From NCBI GenBank assembly GCA_030704615.1, contig CM060731.1:12028001-12092000 (forward strand): a stretch of 64,000 bases of DNA, read 5' to 3'. This DNA is from Takakia lepidozioides. Lineage: Eukaryota > Plantae > Bryophyta. Below the pieces are notes generated by a model. The model was not told the DNA's origin. It worked only from the letters and a program-made list of their open reading frames with translations, and searched no databases. How positions within the stretch are numbered: the stretch's first letter is position 1; every line of letters begins with the position of its first letter. A program made the position numbers and the translations under genes. Positions 50,901 to 60,887 of the stretch are shown here, piece after piece.

Positions 50901-51955
50901 GATGGTCTTACGGAGGTCCCAACATTTTACTTGGCGGACCCAAGTACAAACAGATACATAGAGGCCTCCCTGCACCTTCCAAGAGTCTTTGCTCTCATTG
51001 GCTCAGATGCTTCCGCAGTGATAATAAGCTTGTGAACTTGGTCTTACTGGAAGCAAGGAGGTGACTTGAATCTGTGTTTCCCTGGGTTTTCCAAATGTGC
51101 ACATCCATGTTGGAGCGTGCACTCAGGTTTTTGGCCTAGAAAACGACTCATTAATCTGTTCATTGTATCGCTGTGTTGTTTTGCACTTGAACATTTGGAG
51201 CTGGCAAGTACCAGACAAATGCCAGCCAATACCTTAAACTGGCACCAGCACTTTTCCAGCAGGAGTCAAGTGCTGGAGAATGAAGAAAAACGTAAGAGGA
51301 GCACCGACTTCAGTCATTTTCTCGCAAAAAGGTTTCATGTCCTCCAATTGAAGTACCATAATATGTCAACTGACGATTAGTTCCAAAATCATGCTTCATC
51401 AAACCCAATGCTTGGAGACTGAGGCAAGGAGTTTTGGTTCTTCATGGTGTGTGGAAATCTTGCCTTAGGCAGTCCTCTCAAAGTTGCCATGGTTGAGCTT
51501 CATCCGAAATGTCTACAGATATAGTCTTGAGCATAGTGGTGTCAGAGTCACAGTGCTGGTTCTTTTGGTGCGATGTGGGTTGGCAGATGGGGTCACACTA
51601 TAAAAAGACCATCTTCAAGGAAAAGACTGCCAATGCTATCCACGGTTGGCATGATAAAGTCAAAGAGAAGCATAAGAAACAATTCAGGTCTTCACAGGAT
51701 GGAGGGAACTCTGAATCAACCAGGATGTCAAGCTCAGATGACAGTCGTTTAGGATGGATGAAGGAGAATGGAGGGAAAGTTGAGGCATCCTTACGGAGGA
51801 TGTTTGGCTCAGCTGAGGGTTCAAGTGCTCGTCAGGTTGAGCTTCAGGAGAGAGATGACAGTACAGCTCCTCAAAGAAAGACAGTTGAGTATTCCATGGG
51901 ACAAGATGGGATCTCAGAGGTGGAGGATTCAGGTGAGATGCTACCACTGAAATGA
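32902..51955 (+). CDS. MLO: MLO family seven-transmembrane protein, 15 exons (approx. 32902-33018, 34233-34290, 34705-34919, 35499-35615, 35861-35921, 42243-42406, 43496-43570, 43910-43995, 44528-44577, 45145-45185, 46725-46892, 47535-47570, 47705-47772, 47886-47946, 51587-51955)
   Basis: TPTWAVA, ALEKVKD/ELMLLGFISLLL, LHQLHIFIF, WKKWEAET, FFRQF, KFDFHDYISRTLEDDF, VGTKLQHII, PSDDLFWFNRP, FQNAFELAFF, LCSYSTLPLYALVSQMGS, and a CaM-binding-like AIHGWHDKVK; GT-AG boundaries throughout. Confidence 0.93.
36004..36600 (-). mobile_element. 5'-truncated LINE family A fragment
   Basis: (CATTT)n tail and stem-loop at 36004-36062; degraded RVGSYSVQIETGR C-terminal coding. Confidence 0.7.
36620..40830 (-). 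mobile_element. Near full-length decayed LINE (ORF1, APE endonuclease, RT) antisense in MLO intron 5
   Basis: ORF1 coiled-coil and RLYLNDDLT (40450-39544); APE AVSWNCNG / DVLFLLETH (~39550-39470); RT PTNYRTIMV, QAGFRR, GVKQGCPLSPTLF, LLYADD (38545-37550); tail at 36620-36690. Confidence 0.9.
40858..42160 (-). mobile_element. Cluster of LINE family A 3' ends and a truncated copy (41116-41975)
   Basis: Five copies of the (gaaat)n-ggtRctttataacgtcc..ggaaagctcatagagcttat tail, one of them diverged; ALGRFRVGSHNLRIETGRWENLQREDRLCPAC zinc-knuckle region. Confidence 0.85.
44755..44880 (-). mobile_element. LINE family B 3' end fragment
   Basis: Reverse complement of cagcccctgacaaaggtagtttctgtc...ggggtcaatggccacaaggctac.gcaaacaacgtcttatg. 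Confidence 0.75.
45405..46530 (-). mobile_element. 5'-truncated LINE family B in MLO intron 10
   Basis: LKFKLRAGSLPL...[19 protein letters not shown]-terminal zinc knuckle; AVRGEFG motif; family B 3' UTR. Confidence 0.85.
47965..50420. mobile_element. Mosaic of LINE family A and B fragments in MLO intron 14
   Basis: LLYADDVVLLA (48690-48725, +); family A ORF2 C-terminus 49091-49700 (+); family B pieces at 47990-48470, 48520-48610 and 50150-50370. Confidence 0.75.
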
Positions 51956-53343
51956 GTTTTCTGTGTTACTCATCGATGAACTTAACCTTGGATATCAGGC
52001 TAGCATTGTTGTGCTTGGATTTCTGTGAGTTCCAATGTGAAGAACTAGAGTTGCAGCATGATGGTTACCGCATCTGTGTATCCTTGCCTCTTTAGGTGAG
52101 TCCCATGTGGTGGAGATGGGTGAACAACCTTCAAGGGTCCAGGACCAAGCAGCACAATCTGCAATGCCAACTGACAAAATGAGAGATTGACAATGTTCAC
52201 CACAGAAATGCCCAAAGGACGAAAGCATCCACAAAATGGTAATTCCTTTTGAACCATAGTGCAACATATATTTAAAGCATCCCTACTAAGAAACAGACCT
52301 AGACTAAGTAATGAATATCTCAGAAGTCTAAACTATCAGTGATCCATTGAGAAAAATGTGAAAGTTGTGGGCCGTCTATTCGCCAAATTGAAAGTCGAAA
52401 GGATTAGATGTATTTGTCAAAAAGTTAGCTATAATCTGAACAGTTTCTATGGTTGTTGCAAAGCTACAAGGGGATAGTACTAATCTGGTGAGCCTTGGGC
52501 GAAAAAGATGCCTCATATAGGCCCGCCTTCTGCTGGATGAAAAATCAAGGCAGGAATGCACAATTTGTAGTGAAATCATTGCAGCCGTTTTCATGACAGC
52601 ACTCATCAACATGATGAATGTCATCCAATCATGATGATTTTTTATCATATAAAATATCATAGAGCTCATTTTCAACCATTTCGTTTTGTTGGCCCTGCTT
52701 CCCTAATGCAGGACTACACAGAGCGCAAGCACCTATACTCTCAATGAAGTTTCGAATAAGTTCAAGACAGGTATAGCTGTAATATTTCATCCATATTTAT
52801 AGATGGATGAAATATGTAACAGGATGTACTTCATCAAACTGGGAGATTCATTTCATGGAATAAGTGTAAGCACTGGAGAACTTACAGATTATCTTTACAA
52901 CCTATTCATAATTAATAGGGGAGGGCTTGCATGTATTGCCTGCATTTGTTTTTTGATGCAAATAGATCTTGTTTCCTAATGGCATTATTCAAAGATTTTA
53001 TGAAATAATCATGGATAGATAGACAACATTTCAGAAATTTTGTTTTATTTTCTTTGATGAGGCAAGGAAAGACAACTTGAAAGTTCATGCGACTTTGCCA
53101 CTACAACCAACATGTTGGGTTGTTATCATTTTGGTGACTTGGTCTGTTTGAGATTTGAGGTGGTGGTATTTTGGAGATCAGTTCCACAGTTATGAGATTC
53201 CTAGGGACAGAGAACGAGAATGAATCTAGGAGACTCATGATTTGTCTCTTTGTTTTCTCACATGCAAAGCCCGAATAATTTATTGGGAACTTTATATAAT
53301 ATTTTGTTTCAATTTGATAAAAAAGTCTTGCCCTTTATATATA

Positions 53344-54064
53344 CTAGGGTAGCCTGTGCCCTTGGCCTCAAGTGTCCAGCGCCATCCAAGTCAAAGGGCA
53401 ATCCCCTATGTCTCTCCTATGTCGAGGCCCATCTAAGACCAAGTGCAATCTTCTAAGTATGCAAGTGCATCTCCTTTGTAGAGGCCTAAGTGTCCAGTGT
53501 CATCTAAGCCCAAGTGCAATCTCCTATGTATCCAAGGGCGTCTCTCTTCCTCTGTCTCCCTTCCTCTGTCGAGGCCCATCTAAGCCTAGGGCCAATCATT
53601 GTTGTCAAATTATTTCTTTTCATAAATTTCCTGTGATCGAAAACACTTGAAATTCCAAGTTTCCCACGTGAAGGGCCAATCATTGTTCCAGGAAAGCATT
53701 TGTTATTTTTTGCGAATTTCCAGCGACCAAAAGTACTTGAAATTTTGTGTTGGTAGCCTATGCTGTTGGCCCAAGTATCCAGTGTCATCTAAGTCCAAGT
53801 GCAATCCAAAGACCCTGCAGTTTGGGAGATCTCCACATCATTGTTCTAGGAAAGCCCACTTTGTTATTTTTCACGAATTTCCCTCGACCAAAAGTACTTG
53901 AAAGTCAGATCTCCCACACCGCACGTCCAAAAATCAGGAGTCCAAGTCGGTGCACCCCTCCTCATCGGGGGCTTTCCAACAGTACCAAGCACCAAGGATG
54001 GGCCCCGCAATTTGGGAGATCTCAACGCTACAAAACAAACAAACTACCTTGCTTCATATATTGA
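53344..54064 (-). mobile_element. Non-autonomous Helitron-like element, copy 1
   Basis: On the minus strand it starts TCAATATATGAAGCAAGGTAGTTTG and ends GGCCAAGGGCACAGGCTACCCTAG; inserted in an AT-repeat context with no TSD. Confidence 0.7.
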
Positions 54065-54074
54065 TACATATATA

Positions 54075-54749
54075 CTAGGGTAGCCTGTGCCGTTGGCCCA
54101 AGTGTCCAATGTCATCTAAGTCCAAGTGCTATCCCCTATGTATCCAAGTGTGTCTCTTATGTGCGACCTCTAGGTAGCCTATGCCGTTGGCCCAAGTATC
54201 CAGTGTCATCTAAGCCCAAGTGTAAGATCTTCTACGTATCCCAGTGTGCCTCTTATGTGGAGACCTCTAGTGTAGCATATGCGGTTGGCCCATGTGTGAA
54301 GAATTGAAATCTAAGACCAAGTGCAATTTCCTAAGTTATGTATCCAAGTGCATCTCCTATGTCGAGGCCCATCTAAGCGCAAGTGCAGTCTTCTATTCAT
54401 GTATCCAAGTGCATCTCCCATGTAGAGGCCCAAGTGTCCATTGTCGTCTCCCATGTTAAGCCCCATTTATTTTTTTCCATGAATTTAGTGAGTAGTAATA
54501 TATCCAATCATTATTGATATATCTCCTGTCCAGGCTCCAATCATTGTCCCAAGAAAGCCCACTTTGCTATTTTTAAAGTACTTGAAATTCCACATCTCCC
54601 ACATCACAGGTCCAAAAATCATGAGACCAAGTCGGTGCACCCGTCCTCATCGAGGGCTTTCCAACGGTACCAAGCACCAGCTCTGGGCCCTACAGTTCCG
54701 GACATCTCAACATGACAAAATAAACAAACTGGCTGCTTTCATATATTGA
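54075..54749 (-). mobile_element. Non-autonomous Helitron-like element, copy 2 (tandem)
   Basis: Same 5'-TC and 3'-CTAG termini; internal aagtgtcca/catctaag.ccaagtg subrepeats. Confidence 0.7.
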
Positions 54750-55920
54750 TATATATACATGTAACTGAAATATACTCTTAGACCTTTTCTTTTGAAGGTA
54801 ATAATAGTAGCAAATATTGACCCCGGATTACAAGGGCACTATTGCTGTTGTCTATTAATTTAAAAAATATTAGTGCTACATGAATCATGCACCCTTGAAG
54901 ATGATAGTCTGAACCCCCTACCATCGTTGCATTGTCTCCCTCTTTCTTACTCATCACAACATGGCCAGAGATTTTGAAGGACAACTTTCTTGTTGGTGGT
55001 CCTCATGAGGGTTCTGAATACCCCAAGACTGTTCCAGAATTGGGGCGCAAAACTGACGGAATCAGAGATACGACAGCCATTGCATGCTGCCCAGAAAAGT
55101 GCAAGCATTCTTTGATTCTACTCCACCTGTCAAGTTCCTAAGGCAAAATTTATTCTCCGAAGCATGCTCTTCATCCCAACTAGAACATTATTGCAAACAC
55201 AAAGGGTTTCATGGCACTGTTCATTTTGAAACACCAAAACCTTCATATTTCATTCCCATGCACGGCTCCACATTGGTGCATAAAGCACTTGCTTCGGCTC
55301 AAAATAGCTGGGCCCCCTTGTCTTTGCTAACAACGACATGACTGCCAAGCAAAATGAATGACTCCCAAATGATTTAGAGTGCCCAATGAAGGAGCACAGG
55401 AACAGTGGAACACGCAGCTTCTTGGAAAATCACCTTGAGACAATGTGAGTGTGAACCCCAGAATGATGACATTCTCAAGCTTCTCTTACAAGGCAGCTTC
55501 ACAGATGCATATAAAGAAGGTAAGGAACATCTATAAGCTGCTCGTGAAACCCTACCTAGACAAGTGGAATAGGTTTTATGCAGAGATGCCCACAGATAAC
55601 ACAACAGTAGAAATGGATGCATATACACAGGCCGAGCTCATGGCCCACTTAAGCTAGAAAGAATCTGGACATGTCAGAATACCCCCTCATCAACCACTCA
55701 ACATATCCTTCATGGCTGCCTCTATCATTTCTGGCTCATGAAGAGGAGCCTCCGGCGTGCCAGCCCTCCTTGGATACCCCTTTGCCATGCAGATATGAGT
55801 TACCAATTACTTCTGAGAAAATTTCTTTTAGGGGAAAGAGCAGACTACAGCTCACTCCCCAGGCCCTCCTCAAACCAAGCCAGCATCCTAAGTGGACTGC
55901 ACGCTTTGCAAGCCGGAGTG

Positions 55921-58900
55921 TCAACTCTTGGTCTTTGAGTGCTTTACAAGCCAGTCGATGACAACATCAATGTTGGTCGAGTTCTTGCATGATATGGTGT
56001 AGCAAGCCACCTCCCTATCTGCAAAAGTTGCCAGTCCCCTATCTCCCCAAAATCACCCAGTGAGAGCCCAGAATCAGACACCCTGTCACAGATAAAGTCA
56101 AGAAGACAAACAATCCTGGCAGGTTGCAGATCACACACCCAACTTCATTTGGCATTCAACTCGCATGAGACATTCTTGATGTATAGAATGTACTCGTAAG
56201 ACGTTGTTGGCCATAGCTTTGTGGCCATAGACCCCGCGCCCAGTTTGGACAGAACAAGAGGGAACCGACCCTTGCTTTGTGAGGGGCTCAGGCAGTAGTC
56301 CAGAAAGTCACTTCCCTCTATTGCCAAGGATGGTAAATATATATCTAATTGCCAGTTGGTCTGAACCCAGGTGTTTACCTTTTCCTGGAGTATGCGTCGC
56401 CACTATGGACTACATGATACAAACAACTGATGGTTCTAAACTTAACAATCTTAAGAAATTGAGGCTGGAAATAAGCTGTAATTCCAGCATTCACTTACTG
56501 CACTCCCGTATTTCATGTTGCTGAAATAATACAAAATTAGCCCCTTCCGCCTGTGGGCAAAGCAAGCAGCACACTGTCTCCACGAGCTTATGCATTCCAG
56601 TTGAATCAAATCTGTTACGTAGTGTGCCTGAGATAGATATATTAGATACCAATAGAAAAGGCGAGACGTACAGGTGTTGAATGAGAGCCTGCTTTGAAAG
56701 AGCTTCAGGCTTGTCCAGCTTGTTACCCAGAACCAGCAGGGGAATGCCATTGAGAGATGGCTTTTTCAACAGATCATGCAGCTCATTTCTGGAGATGGGG
56801 ATGTTGTCCTTGTCTGCAGCATCCACCACATACCTGCCAGATCCCCTACAACCCATCAGAAACTACCATCATATTCCAGAGGAAGAAGGACTCAATTTTC
56901 TTCTATCCCTCTGATCAGATTTAGCCCGGAATCCTGACATGGAACTGTCTTGGGCAAAGCAGCATGTGTAAAGTGGGGGGAGAAGAAAAAGTTTGGCTAA
57001 TACTTCGGCAGAGGACAGTAAAAGGTTCAGACTCCATTCCTCCCCCATTCCGGTGGGGTGCTCTACCACTGAGCTACCCGTCCCGTTCTGTTCTGAGAGT
57101 GCCGTGCAAGGGCTATAACCTTGACACTCCAACACTCCCCCTCAAGGCATAGCCCTTATAGCTAATGCCCACCCAATCTGACCACCGCCCCAACCTTGGC
57201 TCTGATACCATGTTGGAAAACCACTGGCGTGTGGTCGGGCTAGGGATTGAACCTAGGACCTCCCCCATTCCGGTGGGGTGCTCTACCACTGAGCTACCCG
57301 TCCCGTTCTGTTCTCAAAGTGTCGTGCAAGGGCTATAGCCTTGACACCTCCAACACTCCCCCTCAAGGCATAGCCCTTATGCTAATGCCCACCCATTCTG
57401 ACCACCGCCCCAACCTTGGCTCTGATACCATGTTGGAAAACCACTGGCGTGTGGTCGGGCTAGGGATTGAACCTAGGACCTCCCCCATTCCGGTGGGGTG
57501 CTCCACCACTGAGCTACCCGTCCCGTTCTGTTCTCAGAGTGTCGTGCAAGGGCTATAGCCTTGACACCTCCAACATACAGCGCATGACTACAAGAAACCC
57601 AGACATGGCTAAAACCATAGTATTGCAGGAACTCGCACAAAGCTGTCCAACCTGCTGTCCAACCTCGTACCAGGCTGTTCATATTCTTGACCTTACAACT
57701 GTATTAGGCTGCTACCTAGTTTCCTGGACCGAAGTGAGCTATCTATGGAATAATCCTTGCTAATGAGTTTCTAATAAATCCAAATGCCTGTTTGCTCTAA
57801 AGCCTAAAGAGCTGTGTCCCCCATGGCTGCAAGCAAATCTTTCTGATTGCTGGTGCCCTCTAAGAGAGGTCAGGCTTCCAACCAATCTATCACAGCTAGG
57901 TACCAAGAGGATACCAGAAAACTAAGCAGCTGATCCAGGCAGTCCATGAATAAGAGAAAAAAAATTTGAAGTAAAACTCCAGAACATGGTAAGATTGGCA
58001 CCCTCATCCCTAAAAAATTTGGCCGTAAGTCCACAAAAGCGAGCACGTACGTGGGGGCCAGTCAGTGGGAGAGAGAAGAGCATACACAATTGCAGAGACC
58101 CCACGACAATAGCGCTCCCACATACTGCGGAACCGTGGTTGGCCACCAAGATCCCACAGCTTGATGGTCACATTCCCCTTGGACACCTTGCGCATGTTGA
58201 ACCCCACCTGCACGCCCGCGTTCACGCCCTTCTCTTACACTCTCCTCCATACACTCACTTGAAAAAAATAAAACAATATTCATTTTCTGATTCATTGTCT
58301 GGGTTCTCTCACCAGAGAGACGCTCTCTTCAAATCTATCAAGGAAATTGTGCCTGAACCTCTGTTTACCAACTTTGACAGTCTCAAGGCTGAGCCACAAG
58401 CCCAGGCCCTTTTGGGGCCTAGTCATTCAGCAAACCACACACAGCAGGTTGATGCTTGTGTAAAGGGATTTCTAGAGGATATCAACTGGGCGTGGGGTCA
58501 ATTGCCACAAGGCTACGGCAAACAACGTCTTATGAGTACATTCTCTCTCTCTCAGTCCTGGCGGAAGAGAGTAGAAGAGATTCTCAAGGATCTGAGTCTA
58601 AGCCCGCAAGTCCTGACCCTGCTGGATAAATCTGACTTAGAGGCTGTAGTGTCCAAAGCCATGTCTGTTGCCAGGAAATTGTCTGATGAAAATGAAGTTA
58701 GGCAGAAAACTTCCCTGAACTTGTGCCTGAACCTCTGTTTACCAGGTTTGAAAGTCTCGAGGCTGAGCCAACGCCCAGGCCCTTTTGGGGCCTAGTTAAT
58801 GGGCAAACCACACACAGCAGATTGATGCTTGTGTGAAGGGATTTCTAGAGGATATCTGGAAAACTCGGATTAATTGCCTGTTCCAAGGTAAGTCATACTA

Positions 58901-60887
58901 GCGGCGTCAGCCCCTGACAAAGGTAGTTTCTGTGGCTTTGAGTTCCGCTCAAACTGAGCGCACGGCTCATGGCCACAAGGCTGCGGCAAACAACTTCTCA
59001 TGAGTTCTCTCTCCCTCTCTCTCTCTCGCTCTCTTTCAGTGCCTGTTGTGTGGGCAACCTGAAGACAATATTCACTTCCTGATTCATTGTCACCAACGGG
59101 ACACCCTCTTCAATTCCATCAAGGAAATTGTGCCTGTACCTCTATTTAACAACATTGAAAATCTTGAGGCTGAGCCAAAAGCCCAGGCCCTTTTGGGGTC
59201 TAGCTATTGGGCAAATCACACACATCAGATTGATGCTTGTGTGAAGGGATTTCTGGAGGATATCTGGAAATCTCGGATCAACTGTTTATTCCAAGGTAAA
59301 TCATACTACCGGCGTCAGCCCCTGACAAAGGTAGTTTCTGTCCCTATATGTTCCGTTCAAACTGGGCGCGGGGTCAATGGGCCACAAGGCTACGGCAAAC
59401 AATGTCTTATGAGTACAATCTCTCTCTCTTTCTCTCTCTCTCTCTCTTTAATCTTGGGTAGAATATTTCAGGTGGGATAAAGTGATTTTTTCCTACATAT
59501 GTCCTGAAATTGACAAATAGACACTTGCTGCAAAATTCATTCCCTGGCCTAGGGCCTTGTGGGGTTGATTGCCCATGTGCTGGTTTAAATTTAGGATTTC
59601 AGAACCCTAACCCTGCAATTTAAGCTGCTACCTGAAACTACGACAGTGTCGGGCACACAGCTCACCGAGCTCTGCCTTCAAGAGTTTTTCTACAAGGCTG
59701 CGGCTAGCAAGATTTAACCGCAGCTTGGCCTTCATTTTGTTGGTCGAGCTTCCTATGCAGTTATAGGGAAGCTTTGGCTCAGCTGTTGACACGAACAGGA
59801 AGTTACACTAGCCCTTACCACCCACCCCGATCACCCAGAAGTGTGAAACAAATCAGGAGCAAGCCTGCGGTTTAGGAGAAGGGTGATGGTGCCTTGCAAT
59901 GCAAGGCTGCTTTGTCTTGGTTTTTAAGAAAACTTTCTGATCTGGTCAAGTCCTGACAGATCCTTTCTTGTCATGACAAGACAAGCCCTACCTCTCTCTC
60001 TCTCTCTAGCCTGGTGCTACTCAACATTTGCCCAGTTTAAACGGAGCAGTAGAGGGAGTGAGGAAAGGAGGAGGAATGAGAGAAAAAGCTTACCGTGGGA
60101 ATCATGTCTTCACTGTAACCACCAGTCTGCAGTCCCAACCCCATGTCAGCTACAATTGCATCAATACACGGGCAGATCTTAAACGAGCAATCCATAGGAC
60201 AGACTTCGAGATCACCTTATGACTGGATTTTGCTGCTCATAAACCCATCTGAAACAAGTGGAATGTCCAAGTCATGCTCAAACAAACTAAATGCGAAACA
60301 CATCCACTCGAAATTGACAGAAGAGATAATAACTCGTTTGTCGTGTAGTTGAAGAGAGATCGGGGGACGAACCGCAATGACATTGACAAGAGACGTCTTC
60401 CCCGCGTTTTGAAGGCCTATCAATGATAACTCCATTTCTTGCTTGAAGAAGAGGCTGCTTCCCAACAAGAAACAAAACAAGAGGCTATCAGAACTGAAAT
60501 ATCAAAAGGTCATCCACCACCCCAGGTAGCCCCTGCACCAATACCCGCTCGAAATGAAAGCAGAAAGGGAGGACATTTCAACTATTTTCAGCTTCCGGTA
60601 AGAAATCTGCCATTTTTTCCAACTTCAATAGCAATTTAGAGATTCTCAGCATTTCATCCTCCCTGTCAATCTTAAGGGGATGGACAAGAAGCTCCTGCTC
60701 TCTTTGTTCACTCCATGGTCATGCTTAACTACCACGGAGTCACCTATGACCCAACATCTTTCCCCTGTCTCCTTTACTTTAGTCCATCATCAGCGCCTCC
60801 CTCACACGAAGTACATCCTGATGATGTATCCATGGAGTATGAAAAACACCTGCGAAGCCAATTGAGAAAGTATTCCCACAACCCCAT
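55921..60887 (-). CDS. ARL8: ADP-ribosylation factor-like protein 8; exons 60887-60850, 60454-60373, 60126-60094, 58207-58086, 56833-56672, 56038-55921
   Basis: [102 protein letters not shown]. Confidence 0.95.
57039..57575 (-). mobile_element. Tandem TRIM array with tRNA-containing LTRs (LTRs 57431-57575, 57211-57355, truncated 57039-57134; ~75-bp internal domains)
   Basis: LTR termini TGTTGG...CCAACA; PBS TGGTATCAGAGC (tRNA-iMet type) at 57419-57430 and 57199-57210; PPT GAGGGGGAG; 220-bp period. Confidence 0.9.
57232..57303 (-). ncRNA. tRNA-like cloverleaf inside the TRIM LTR (second copy 57452-57523); not a decoding tRNA
   Basis: GGACGGG-TA-GCTC-AGTGGTA-GAGC-A-CCCCA-CCGGAA-TGGGG-GAGGTC-CTAGG-TTCAATC-CCTAG-CCCGACC-A; 6-nt anticodon loop. 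Confidence 0.8.
58270..59450 (+). mobile_element. Three to four head-to-tail truncated LINE family B 3' ends with (TC)n tails in ARL8 intron 3
   Basis: Repeated [15 protein letters not shown]...[10 protein letters not shown] and ggccacaaggctacggcaaacaa.gtcttatgagtac(tc)n at ~58500-58555, 58970-59035 and 59380-59447. Confidence 0.85.

Noticed and set aside
54930-55660. Short plus-strand ORFs, possible TE or pseudogene relic
   Set aside because: Could not assign any family motif
57039-57575. CRISPR-like or true tRNA gene array
   Set aside because: Units are near-identical 220-mers with PBS/PPT and no unique spacers; the 6-nt anticodon loop rules out a canonical tRNA
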